Positions 15,694 through 24,488 of a stretch of DNA of 64,000 nt are shown here, piece by piece. Position 1 is the first letter of the stretch. Each line of letters opens with the position of its first letter. The notes beneath the pieces are model-generated. The model was not told the DNA's origin. It saw nothing but the letters and a program-made list of their open reading frames with translations, and ran no database searches. This DNA is from Spirochaetaceae bacterium (GTDB lineage Bacteria; Myxococcota_A; UBA9160; UBA4427), in NCBI GenBank assembly GCA_020632655.1, contig JACKFD010000009.1, positions 6,945 to 70,944 of the forward strand, given 5' to 3'. The translations under genes and the position numbers were made by a program.

Positions 15694-17523
15694 TCAGTCG
15701 AGGGCGAACTCCGCGAGGTACGCATCCACGTCGATCTCCTTCGCGTTCGGCTGGTCCTGCTTCAGGATCACGAAGTTCTCGAGCACGAGTGCGTCCATGT
15801 TCGTGTACATGAAGCAGCGGAAGGCGTCCTCGGGCGTGTTGACGATCGGCTCGCCCCGGACGTTGAAGCTCGTGTTGATCACGACGGGCGAGCCCGTCTT
15901 CTGCTTGAAGCGCTCGATGATCTTGTAGAAACGCGGGTGGTGCTGCATGTCGATCGTCTGCACCCGCGCGGAGTAGTCGACGTGCGTGATCGCCGGGACC
16001 GTCGAACGGAGCTGCTTGAGCTTGTCGAGCCCGCGCGCGCCGTCGTCGTCCACCGCGAGCCGCTTCGCGTCGCGAACCGGCGCCACGAGCAGCATGTAGG
16101 GGCTGTTCTCGTCCGGCCGCATCTCGAAGAACTCGTCGACGTGCTCCCGCAGCACGGCCGGCGCGAAGGGCCGGAACGACTCGCGGAACTTGATCTTCAG
16201 GTTCATCGTCGCCTGCATGTTCCGCGAGCGCGCATCACCGAGGATCGAACGCGATCCGAGCGCGCGCGGGCCGAACTCCGCGCGATCCGAGAAATGCCCC
16301 ACGACCTGCTCGCTCGCGATCAGCTCGGCCACGCGGTCGACGAGCTCGTTCTCGTCCGGGTAGTAGTGGTAGATCGCCTCGGCCGAGTCGAGGTAGGCGC
16401 GGATCTCGTCGTTCGAGAAGCTGGGACCGAGCAGGGATCCGTACTGCGAGTCCTGGGCGACGACCTCGCGCGGCTTGTCGAGCAGCTCGTGCCAGGTGAA
16501 GAGCGCCGCGCCGAGGGCCCCGCCGGCGTCGCCGGCCGCGGGCTGGATCCAGACCTGATCGAAGGGGCCTTCCCGAAGCACGCGCCCGTTGGCCACGCAG
16601 TTGAGCGCGACTCCGCCAGCCATCGTGAGGTTGCGCGCGCCCGTCAGCTCGTGGGCGTAGCGCGCGATCTTGAGCACGATCTCCTCGGTCACCGCCTGGA
16701 TCGAGGCGGCGATGTCCATCTCGCGCTGAGTGATCTCGGTCTCGGCCTTGCGCGGCGGACCGCCGAAGAGCGAGTCCATCTTCCGCGACGTCATCACGTC
16801 ACTGTCGCAGAACCCGAAATAAGACATGTCCATCCGGAACGAGCCGTCGTCCTTGATGTCGAGCAGCTTCTCGATCATCAGGTCCTTGTAGACGGGCTCG
16901 CCGTAGGGCGCGAGGCCCATCAGCTTGTACTCGCCGCTGTTGACCTTGAAGCCCGTGAAGTAGGTGAATGCCGAGTAGAGCAGGCCGAGGGAGTGCGGGA
17001 AACGCATCTCCTTCAGCATCTCGAGGCGGTTGCCCCGGCCGATCGCGATCGAGCCGGTCGCCCACTCCCCCACGCCGTCGAGCGTGAGCACGGCGGCCTC
17101 CTCGAAGGGCGACGGGTAGAACGCGCTGGCGGCATGGGACTCGTGGTGCTCGGTGAAGACGTAGCGGCCCTTGTATTCACGCTTCAGGCCGGCGTCGAGC
17201 TCCCGCGGCGTGTGCAGCTTCTGACGGAGCCAGAGCGGCATGCCCATCAGGAAGAGCTTGAACCCGGACGGCGCGTAGCTGATGTAGGTCTCGAGCAGTC
17301 GATCGAACTTGAGCAGCGGCTTGTCGTAGAAGGTGACGAGGTCGAGGTCCGCGGCGCGGATGCCGCCCTCGGCGAGGCAGAAGTCGACGGCGTTCTCCGG
17401 GAAGCGGTAGTCGTGCTTCTTGCGCGTGAAGCGCTCTTCCTGGGCGGCCGCAACGATCCGGCCGTCCTGGACCAGACAGGCCGCGCTGTCGTGGTAGTAG
17501 GCCGAGATTCCGAGAATGTTCAT
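15694..17523 (-). CDS. Carbamoyltransferase (NodU/CmcH/SxtI family)
   Basis: Part of track ORF 15694..18132, with ATG 17523. 'MNILGISAYYHDSAACLVQDGRIVAAAQEERFTRKKHDYRFP' is the canonical N-terminus. The C-terminal part includes 'TSFNVRGEPIVNTPEDAFRCF'. Confidence 0.93.
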   Translation of the reverse strand: MNILGISAYYHDSAACLVQDGRIVAAAQEERFTRKKHDYRFPENAVDFCLAEGGIRAADLDLVTFYDKPLLKFDRLLETYISYAPSGFKLFLMGMPLWLRQKLHTPRELDAGLKREYKGRYVFTEHHESHAASAFYPSPFEEAAVLTLDGVGEWATGSIAIGRGNRLEMLKEMRFPHSLGLLYSAFTYFTGFKVNSGEYKLMGLAPYGEPVYKDLMIEKLLDIKDDGSFRMDMSYFGFCDSDVMTSRKMDSLFGGPPRKAETEITQREMDIAASIQAVTEEIVLKIARYAHELTGARNLTMAGGVALNCVANGRVLREGPFDQVWIQPAAGDAGGALGAALFTWHELLDKPREVVAQDSQYGSLLGPSFSNDEIRAYLDSAEAIYHYYPDENELVDRVAELIASEQVVGHFSDRAEFGPRALGSRSILGDARSRNMQATMNLKIKFRESFRPFAPAVLREHVDEFFEMRPDENSPYMLLVAPVRDAKRLAVDDDGARGLDKLKQLRSTVPAITHVDYSARVQTIDMQHHPRFYKIIERFKQKTGSPVVINTSFNVRGEPIVNTPEDAFRCFMYTNMDALVLENFVILKQDQPNAKEIDVDAYLAEFALD

Positions 17524-17780
17524 GTCGAGCAGGACCTCTGGTGCCGCGACCCCGCGGGCGACGAATCGGGCGGATCGACGGGGGCTCTCGAGCGCCCGCA
17601 GGGTAGCGGATCCCCCCGCCGAGCGACCCGACTGCGTGGTCTCGAACGGCGCTGGGCCGCTCGAGGCCTCCCGCGAGTAGGTGCCGTATGGACGAGTCCG
17701 GGTGACTTTCCGGCGTGGTCCGGAACGGAGGCCGCTTCCAGACGCCGCCCCGCCCTCGTCGGACACCGCGCGTCTGCGCT

Positions 17781-18104
17781 TCAGCCCTTCTTGAACAGGC
17801 TCTCGAGATCCGCGAGGACCGTGCGCCGGATCTCGTCTCCGGTCGCCGGACCCGATGCGGGTCGGAACCACTCGCATCGGTTCGCCCGGTCCTTGTCGAG
17901 GACGCGATCCGCACCCGGCTCCCGGCACTCGTTGTAGGACGCCGGATCGTGATGCGCGCAGCACAGGCAGACGTGCAGGTCGGCTCGACAACGGTCGCAG
18001 GCATCCCGGAAGCCGACGGATTCGCCCGTGGCGAGCGGGATCTCCGACTGGCAGGCGTGACACTGCATCGCGCAAGCCTGCAGCAGAAGTCGCGCAGTCG
18101 CCAT
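17781..18104 (-). CDS. Small Cys-rich (10 Cys) putative zinc-binding protein
   Basis: 'MQCHACQSEIPL...FRDACDRCRADLHVCLCCAHHDPASYNECREPG...RANRCEWF' has two CxxC pairs plus CxCC. The start is either ATG 18104 or ATG 18068. It lies directly upstream of the carbamoyltransferase on the same strand. Confidence 0.5.
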   Translation of the reverse strand: MATARLLLQACAMQCHACQSEIPLATGESVGFRDACDRCRADLHVCLCCAHHDPASYNECREPGADRVLDKDRANRCEWFRPASGPATGDEIRRTVLADLESLFKKG

Positions 18105-18202
18105 CCGCGCCGCATCGACGCTCGCGTGGCACGCGACGGCGCGATCGATGGCCCGCGCGGACCGGTCAACTTTGTCCGGGCCGGCGCCGATGTCGGGGCA
18201 TC

Positions 18203-18529
18203 ATGTTCGAGCGCAAGCCGCCCATCCGTTCGACCCAGGAAGACGTGCCCGAGCTCGCGGAGCAGATCGACCGCTTCGTGATCGGGCTCGCCGAGCGCAT
18301 CGACGCGATCCAGGACGCCGAGCTCGCCCGGGACACGACGCTCGCGGCGGATCTGGCGGAACGGCTTGCGAACGACGCCGAGCGGCTCGGCTACCCCGTG
18401 ATGGGCCAATGCGCGCGCGGGGTCGTCGCGGCCGCGCGGGACGCGAAGCCGGATGCGCTCCAGGAAGCCGTGGTCGAGCTGACCGACCTCGCCCAGCGCA
18501 TCCGCCGCGGCCATCGCGGCGCGGCCTAG
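18203..18529 (+). CDS. Hypothetical helical protein (108 aa), faintly Hpt-like but lacking the phospho-accepting His context
   Basis: This is the tail of track ORF 17855..18529, with ATG 18203. 'VPELAEQIDRFVIGLAERIDAIQDA.....LAADLAERLANDAERLGYPVMGQCARGVV' looks like a four-helix-bundle composition. The family call is weak. Confidence 0.4.
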   Translation: MFERKPPIRSTQEDVPELAEQIDRFVIGLAERIDAIQDAELARDTTLAADLAERLANDAERLGYPVMGQCARGVVAAARDAKPDALQEAVVELTDLAQRIRRGHRGAA

Positions 18530-19305
18530 ACGAAGAACCAGAAGCCCATCGGCTCGCCGCTCGCATCCGTGAGCCAGCCCTCGCCGAAGACCGCGAGCGC
18601 GAGCAGCGCTGCGTTCGTCACGCCATGCACCAGCATGATCGCGGAGAGACTCCGCCGTCGGTAGAACCACAGGTTCGAGAGCACGATCCACGGCACGCAG
18701 ACCCACCACTCCCAGGGCACGTGTCCGAGCGTGAAGACGACGGTCGTGACGAGCATGCTGAGCGGCGTGTAGCGGGCCAGCGGCTGGTCGCGGAAGTCGG
18801 CGCGGTCGTAGACGTCCGCGATCCGCATCACGAAGCTTCGGATGAAGAGCTCCTCGAAGATCGGTGTCACCAGGGCATAGCCGAAGAGGCGCAGTCCCAG
18901 GATCAGGGTCGTCCATCGCGCGCCCGCCATGGCCGGGTCGAACTCGCCGCCGGGTGCCGGACGCAGGGACGGGAACGCCAGGTAGGGCGCGACCCAGACC
19001 GCCGTCAGGGCGAGACCGACGAGCACGTCCTGGAGGCCGCCCATCCAGCCGATGCGCGCGCCCTCCCCTCGCCACTCGGGATAGGCCCCGCGCAATCGGA
19101 AGGCGATCACCGTCGCGAGCACGGCGGCCGGCTTGAGGAAGAGCAGGAAGGGAGCGGTCTGCTCGGGAAGCCGTTCGCCGAGGACGCCGAGCGCCATGAA
19201 CACGAGGTACGGCGCGAGGTAGGGCCACCAGCCATGGCCCGCATCCGGCCCCCGGCTCCCGGTCGTCGCGGATGCGCGGGGGCTTCGCTCGTCTCGCGGA
19301 TCCAC
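18526..19305 (-). CDS. CPBP-family intramembrane glutamic endopeptidase (CAAX protease/Abi); resembles the exosortase-associated 'CAAX prenyl protease-related' subfamily
   Basis: GTG start. Multi-TM protein with 'TPIFEELFIRSFVMR' (EExxxR), 'TTVVFTLGHVPWEW' and 'IMLVHGVTNAALL' (H...N motifs). Confidence 0.8.
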   Translation of the reverse strand: MDPRDERSPRASATTGSRGPDAGHGWWPYLAPYLVFMALGVLGERLPEQTAPFLLFLKPAAVLATVIAFRLRGAYPEWRGEGARIGWMGGLQDVLVGLALTAVWVAPYLAFPSLRPAPGGEFDPAMAGARWTTLILGLRLFGYALVTPIFEELFIRSFVMRIADVYDRADFRDQPLARYTPLSMLVTTVVFTLGHVPWEWWVCVPWIVLSNLWFYRRRSLSAIMLVHGVTNAALLALAVFGEGWLTDASGEPMGFWFFV

Positions 19306-19342
19306 AGCGTCTCCGGGTGCGTGTGCGGCGAGCGTCCTCCGC

Positions 19343-19405
19343 CGCGGCAGGTCGAGGATCCCGCGCGCCGCGACGCTCGTCGTTCAGCGCGGCAGGTCGA
19401 GGATC
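19343..19405. repeat. Perfect 18-bp direct repeat (CGCGGCAGGTCGAGGATC) at 19343-19360 and 19388-19405
   Basis: Read directly from the sequence. The second copy encodes the last six codons (ILDLPR) of the BKACE gene on the minus strand. The first copy lies in the intergenic spacer 45 bp further downstream. Confidence 0.9.
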
Positions 19406-20280
19406 TTACCCGCCTCCGCGGCCGTCGCGACCGGGCGCCCGACCGAGGCGCAGAGCGCCACGGCCTCCTCGACGAGCTGGAGGTTCGACGGGGCGCGATC
19501 GCCCGCGTAGTCCTCGAGCCCGACCCGTAGGTGCCCCCCGCGCTCGAGCGCGTGACGCGCGACGTCGCCGTCCCAGGGATCTCCGGAGACGACCGCGATC
19601 GACCAGGGCAGGCGCGAATCGCCGAGCATCTCGACGTAGACGTCGAGGGCGCTCCGCGTCGGGGGCAGTCCGAAGAGCAGGTCGACCAGTCCCTCGCCCC
19701 GATAGCTCCGCTCGCCGCCGAAGTAGAAGCGCAGGAACGCGCCCCGCGGCATCGCGCCGGCAGCCTCCCAGGCGAGCGCCGCCCGCAGGAAGCCGGGCTC
19801 GAAGATCGCCATCCCGGGACCGAGTCCGAGCCGCTCGCAGAGCGCGAACTTGTAGGCGATGTCCTTCGGCGAGTTCGCGTAGACCCAATCCGTCTCGAGG
19901 GGTCGTCCGTCCTCGCCCAGCGGCATCAGGTTCAGGCTGCCGGGATCGACGAAGCCCATGCGAAGCGGAAAGGCTCGCGAGAGCGGCTCGAGGTGGCTCG
20001 TCTTCTCCTCGATCGTCCGTCCGAAGACGAGCGTCGGATAGAGGATCGCCTCGGGATGCCGGGCGTGGATCGGCTCGAAATGCTCGAGGTACTGCCGCGC
20101 TCCGGCCTCCCCGCCGACCGAGATGTCGGGCGCGTGGGTATGGACGATCGACGCCCCCGCATCGAGACATCGGATCGCATCCTCGACCAGCCGCTCCTGG
20201 GTCTGCGGCGCGTGCGGATTGCGGGCGGTCGGCGTCGCTCCGTTCAGGGCGACCTCGATGATCACGGGCATCTCGGGCAT
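19384..20280 (-). CDS. 3-keto-5-aminohexanoate cleavage enzyme family protein (BKACE/DUF849)
   Basis: This is the tail of track ORF 19384..21030, with ATG 20280. 'MPVIIEVALNGATP..RNPHAP.T.E.LVEDAIRCLDAGASIVHTHA' is followed by '...HLRVGLEDY' near the C-terminus, the typical BKACE TIM-barrel signature. Confidence 0.85.
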   Translation of the reverse strand: MPEMPVIIEVALNGATPTARNPHAPQTQERLVEDAIRCLDAGASIVHTHAPDISVGGEAGARQYLEHFEPIHARHPEAILYPTLVFGRTIEEKTSHLEPLSRAFPLRMGFVDPGSLNLMPLGEDGRPLETDWVYANSPKDIAYKFALCERLGLGPGMAIFEPGFLRAALAWEAAGAMPRGAFLRFYFGGERSYRGEGLVDLLFGLPPTRSALDVYVEMLGDSRLPWSIAVVSGDPWDGDVARHALERGGHLRVGLEDYAGDRAPSNLQLVEEAVALCASVGRPVATAAEAGKILDLPR

Positions 20281-20297
20281 GCGGGCGCGTGCCTCCC

Positions 20298-21968
20298 TCA
20301 GGCGTAGCGGAGCTGGCGCGGCCGGACGCCCGGCCGGCGATCGAGTCGATCGACGAGGCTCTCGCCGCCCTGCTGGATGGGCACACCGTTGACCAGCACG
20401 TGGCGGATGCCGGTCGGTCCGTCCGCCGTCAGCCGATCGGCGCCGGCCGGGAAGTCGCGCACGCGCCGGATCCGTCCCGGCCCGACCGTGTCCGGCTCGA
20501 AGACGCAGACGTCGGCATGCGCGCCCGGCCGCAGCACCCCGCGGTCCTCGAAGCGGAAGATCGAGGCCGGCTCGCCCGTCAGCTTGTGGACCGCCTGCTC
20601 GAGCGGGATCACGCCGCGCTCGCGCACCCAGTTGCCCAGCAGATCGGTCGGCAGGGGGGCGTCGCAGAGCATGCCGACGTGCGCCCCCGCGTCCGAGAGC
20701 CCGAGCGCCATCTGGCGCTGCTGGAGGAGGTGCTCGATGCCGGCCTCGTCGTCGTTCGCCTGGATGTAGCGGAAGCGGGTCTCGAGCTTCTCTTCGAGCG
20801 AGAGCGCGACCATCGTGTCGAAGGGGTGCTCCCCGCGCTCCTTCGCGATGTCGACGAGCCTGCGATCGATGAGCGCCGCGTGGACCTCGCTCTCGGCCAG
20901 CTCGAAGTTCTCCCAACGCGTCGGCAGCGGCGTGTGCTTGAGCTCTTCGATCGCCTTCTCGCGCCAGGCGGGATCGCGATAGCGCTCGACCCGCTTCTCC
21001 TTCGGCTCGGCGTAGAGCTTCGAGAAGCACTCCGCCTGGTCGAAGGCGAAGGGCGACTTCAGCTGCTGCTGCAGCGTCACCTTGCGCACCGAGATCTGGG
21101 GCCAGACGCCCGTGCCTTTCGCGACCTCCTTCTCGTGCACCGACGCACCATGCTGCCAGAGGCCCGGGATCGCGAGCAGCGCCGTGTAGGTGACCGGGAG
21201 CCCGAGGCGGCGCTGGAACTCGTAGATCTCCTCGAAGGCGAAGCCCCCGCCGAGGGTCGCCTCGACGACGCCCCGCCCGAGCTTCGAGAGCTCACGGGCC
21301 AGGACCTCGAACTCGGGCGGGCCGCCGATCCGGCTGCAGACGGGACGGCCGCCGATGCCGACGTGGGTCGGGGCGAAGCTCGTCGCGAGACCGACGGCAC
21401 CCGCCTCCATGGCCTCCCGCACCGACGCGGCCATCGCCGCGAGCTCGGTCTCCGTCGCGGCGCGCTCGTAGGCCGCGTCCGGGCCCATGTGGAAGAGCCG
21501 AAGCGCGGTATGTCCGACGTAGGCGGCGTAGTTGAGCAGCGTGCCGCGCCGCTCGACCGACGCGAGGTACTCCGGGAAGGTCTCGAAGTCCCACGGAATG
21601 CCCGCCATCAGCGAGGCCGGGTCCATGTCCTCCACCTTCTCGAGCGTGAGCGCGATCGTCTCGCGATCCTTCTCGCGGGTCGGTGCGATCGAGAACCCGC
21701 AGTTGCCCGCGACGACGGTCGTCACGCCGTGGTAGCAGGAGGGCGACAGAGCGGGATCCCAGAAGACCTGCGCGTCGTAGTGCGTGTGGATGTCGACGAA
21801 GCCCGGCGCGACGACTGCGCCGGCGGCATCGAGCTCGCGGTCACCCCGCAGCCCGGGTCCGATCTCGGCGATGCGTCCGTCCCGGACGAGCACGTCCGCT
21901 TCGACGGCGGGCGCGCCCGTCCCGTCGACCACCCGGCCCCCGCGAATCACGATCGACGTCATGCGCAT
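20298..21968 (-). CDS. N-acyl-D-amino-acid deacylase (D-aminoacylase) family amidohydrolase
   Basis: Part of track ORF 20298..22370, with ATG 21968 (or 21962). 'IVIRGGRVVDGTGAPAVEADVLVRDGRIAEIG......ELDAAGAVVAPGFVDIHTHYD' is followed by '...VTTVVAGNCGFS'. The stop lies 17 nt upstream of the BKACE start. Confidence 0.88.
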   Translation of the reverse strand: MRMTSIVIRGGRVVDGTGAPAVEADVLVRDGRIAEIGPGLRGDRELDAAGAVVAPGFVDIHTHYDAQVFWDPALSPSCYHGVTTVVAGNCGFSIAPTREKDRETIALTLEKVEDMDPASLMAGIPWDFETFPEYLASVERRGTLLNYAAYVGHTALRLFHMGPDAAYERAATETELAAMAASVREAMEAGAVGLATSFAPTHVGIGGRPVCSRIGGPPEFEVLARELSKLGRGVVEATLGGGFAFEEIYEFQRRLGLPVTYTALLAIPGLWQHGASVHEKEVAKGTGVWPQISVRKVTLQQQLKSPFAFDQAECFSKLYAEPKEKRVERYRDPAWREKAIEELKHTPLPTRWENFELAESEVHAALIDRRLVDIAKERGEHPFDTMVALSLEEKLETRFRYIQANDDEAGIEHLLQQRQMALGLSDAGAHVGMLCDAPLPTDLLGNWVRERGVIPLEQAVHKLTGEPASIFRFEDRGVLRPGAHADVCVFEPDTVGPGRIRRVRDFPAGADRLTADGPTGIRHVLVNGVPIQQGGESLVDRLDRRPGVRPRQLRYA

Positions 21969-22174
21969 CGCCTCCCGGGCCACCCGTCGACGCAGCGTCG
22001 CTCGGGAGACCGTCGTCGGCCGGGGGTCCGATCGGCGCCCGGATCGGAAGCGCTCGTCCCCGCGGCCCGTTCCGGCCGAGCATCGCAAGCACGGCGGCCC
22101 TCTGCCAGCCACCGGGCCGTCGTTCGGTGGGCGGCCCTCCGCGCGCCGGGCACGGGGGCCGCTGGTCGTGCGAT

Positions 22175-23197
22175 TCAGGACGCCTGCAGCCGCTCGATCG
22201 CCTTGCGCGCCAGATCGTCGTTCTTTCGATCCTTCGGAACCGGGAAGAGGATCCGTTCGGCCACGCCGTCGTACATCGAGAGCAGGATCTCGGGGATCTC
22301 GTCGTAGGTGCCGGAGGGTACGAAGGTGCGCATGATCTCGTCGGTCACGAGAGCGTTCATGTCCTGCCATCGTCCCTCGCGCGTGCAGTCCCGCAGCTTC
22401 TCGCCGACCTCGCGCCAGCCGTGGTACTCGAGCGCGGGCCAGTAGGCGGGCGTGCTGAGCGTGAAGACGAGGCTCTCCCGCGCCGCCGTGAGCTCCTCTT
22501 CGACCTCCGCGCGGGTCGCGCCGGTCGCGATCAGCGGCCCCGCCGTCATCTCGATCCGGACGTCGCGTCCGGCCAGTCGCGATCCCTCCTCGAGGCGCGG
22601 ACGAGTCACCGCCTTCAGGTAGCGCGCCTCGCTGTTGGTCGGATGCGTCTGGATGGCGTCGCCGACCTCGCCGACCGTGCGCGTCATCAGCGGTCCGACG
22701 GCGCCGAGCAGGATCGAGGGCGGACCCGCCTCGAGCGGCCCGGGATTGAAGAAGGGCTGCATGCGGTTGAGCGTGTAGGACTCGCTATGGAAGTCGAGCT
22801 TCGTGCCGTTCTGGAAGGTGTCGAAGCAGGCGCGCACGGCGTTCACGTAGTCGCGCAGCCGCGCGGCCGGGGCGCTCCAGGGCATGCCGAAGCGGCCGAC
22901 GATGTTGCCCTTGACCTGGGTCCCGAGGCCGAGCTGGAAGCGGCCCTTCGAGTAGTCCTGGAGATCCCACGCACCCTGGGCCGCCAACATCGGACTGCGT
23001 GCGAAGGCGACCAGCACGCCCTGGCTCACGCGAAGCCGGGTCGTCGCCCCGAGCGCCGCCATCGCCGACAGCATGCCGTCGTGGACGGCCTCGGCGACGG
23101 AGAGCGTGTCGTAGCCGAGGGATTCGACCCGCCGGGCATGATCGACCACGTCACGCAGCTTCACGTCGGCCCCCATCGTGGCCGTCACCTTCAACAT
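22175..23197 (-). CDS. LLM-class (luciferase-like) flavin/F420-dependent oxidoreductase
   Basis: Part of track ORF 22175..23440, with ATG 23197 after GGGAGA. 'VESLGYDTLSVAEAVHDGMLSAMAALGATTRLRV.QGVLVAFARSP...AQGAWDLQDYSKGRFQLGLG'. Confidence 0.85.
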   Translation of the reverse strand: MLKVTATMGADVKLRDVVDHARRVESLGYDTLSVAEAVHDGMLSAMAALGATTRLRVSQGVLVAFARSPMLAAQGAWDLQDYSKGRFQLGLGTQVKGNIVGRFGMPWSAPAARLRDYVNAVRACFDTFQNGTKLDFHSESYTLNRMQPFFNPGPLEAGPPSILLGAVGPLMTRTVGEVGDAIQTHPTNSEARYLKAVTRPRLEEGSRLAGRDVRIEMTAGPLIATGATRAEVEEELTAARESLVFTLSTPAYWPALEYHGWREVGEKLRDCTREGRWQDMNALVTDEIMRTFVPSGTYDEIPEILLSMYDGVAERILFPVPKDRKNDDLARKAIERLQAS

Positions 23198-23417
23198 CGA
23201 TCCGATCTCCCTGGACGCCCGTCCGTCGCTGAACGATTCGCGTGGCGACCGAGAATAGTCAGCCCCTCCGGACGGCGCTCCTTCGAGCGGACCCGCGGGC
23301 CCCGGGATGAGGACGCGCAGGGCGGCAGCGCCCGGCGCGTTAGACTCGCGTTTCACACCGGCCCGGATCGTGGCGACACGCACCGGGCCGACGAGAGACA
23401 TAGAGGAGGACGGCTCC

Positions 23418-23828
23418 ATGCCCGCACCGATCAAGCGCAACCAGACGCATTCCCTCGTCGTGGGCTACGTGCTCTGGATCTTCGGATTCCTCGGCTCGCA
23501 TCGCTTCTACTTCGGCAAGCCGATCTCGGGGACGATCTGGTTCCTGACCCTCGGCCTGCTCGGCGTGGGCTGGCTGATCGACCTCTTCCTGATGCCGTCC
23601 CTCGAGCGCCAGGCCGAGATCGCCTTCCACGACGGTCCCCTCGACTACAACCTGGCCTGGATCTTCCTCACCTTCCTCGGCGTCTTCGGTGTCCACCGCT
23701 TCTACCTCGGCAAGTGGATCACGGGCGTGCTCTACCTCCTGACGGGCGGTTTGCTCGGTCTCGGCATCATCTACGACTTCTGGACGCTGAACGACCAGGT
23801 CAGCCTCGAGAACGCGCAGGCCGCCTGA
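23418..23828 (+). CDS. TM2 domain-containing membrane protein (two TM2 repeats)
   Basis: Track ORF 23307..23828, with ATG 23418 after GAGGAGGA. The 'GFLGSHRFYFGK...G.IWFLTLGLLGVGWLIDLF' motif occurs twice; the second copy is 'GVFGVHRFYLGKWITGVLYLLTGGLLGLGIIYDFW'. Confidence 0.85.
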   Translation: MPAPIKRNQTHSLVVGYVLWIFGFLGSHRFYFGKPISGTIWFLTLGLLGVGWLIDLFLMPSLERQAEIAFHDGPLDYNLAWIFLTFLGVFGVHRFYLGKWITGVLYLLTGGLLGLGIIYDFWTLNDQVSLENAQAA

Positions 23829-23840
23829 GGGCGGGACGGG

Positions 23841-24395
23841 CTACTTGACGCGCTTGAGGACGTTGCGGTCGGTGTGCTGCATGACGCTGCCCGTGGCCTT
23901 CATCTCGAGGACGGTGGTCTCCTCGTAGGTCCAGGTATCCCCCTCGATGGTGCAGTCGAGCTTGTACTCGACGCAACGCGCGTTCTTCGCCAGATAGGGA
24001 TTCGAGAGCACGCCGAAGACCTCGTCCCCGGAGCGCGCCGAGAGGCTGAACTTCTTCGCGTCGGGCGCGCACTTCCCGCCGGCGAGGATCGTCGACCCGC
24101 GCGGCACCATGAAGCAGCGCATGACTTCCTGGCTCGCCGGATCCCAGATCCAGTAGCCGAGCTCCGTATGGAAGACCGAGTCCTGGCCCTTGCGCTTGGC
24201 GGCCGTCGTGTAGTCGATCACCCAGAGCTTCTGGCTGCCGTTGTCGACGTCGCCGACGACATTGAAGGTCGCCGTCTCGGTGTAGGGGTTCTCCGTGATC
24301 TTCTTGTGCTCATAGCTGTAGGAGACGTCGAGTCCGTCGTTTCCCTGCCAGGTGCCGATCAGGCCGGCGAGCGGTCCGAATTGTTCGTTGGCCAT
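23841..24395 (-). CDS. Nitrobindin/THAP4-like heme-binding beta-barrel (DUF1794/FABP-like) protein
   Basis: 'PLAGLIGTWQGNDGLDVSY' is the GxWxG start of the family. About 180 aa with beta-rich composition. Confidence 0.75.
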   Translation of the reverse strand: MANEQFGPLAGLIGTWQGNDGLDVSYSYEHKKITENPYTETATFNVVGDVDNGSQKLWVIDYTTAAKRKGQDSVFHTELGYWIWDPASQEVMRCFMVPRGSTILAGGKCAPDAKKFSLSARSGDEVFGVLSNPYLAKNARCVEYKLDCTIEGDTWTYEETTVLEMKATGSVMQHTDRNVLKRVK

Positions 24396-24437
24396 GGGTC
24401 TTCCCTTCTGGTGGTCGCGAAGGCGGCCGCCCGGGCG

Positions 24438-24451
24438 TCGCCGCGCGGCGA
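24438..24451. terminator. 14-bp perfect GC palindrome downstream of the peroxiredoxin gene (weak terminator candidate)
   Basis: 'TCGCCGCGCGGCGA' is embedded in 'gggcgTCGCCGCGCGGCGAgccc'. There is no U-tract. Confidence 0.25.
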
Positions 24452-24488
24452 GCCCGTTCGAGCCGTCGGATTCGATCGGGGGTCGGAA

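Noticed and set aside
14998-17937. 979-aa plus-strand ORF
   Set aside because: It is antisense to the DUF5989, SxtJ and carbamoyltransferase genes, all of which have family-typical sequences. Its translation is Arg/Glu/Asp/Val-rich without motifs.
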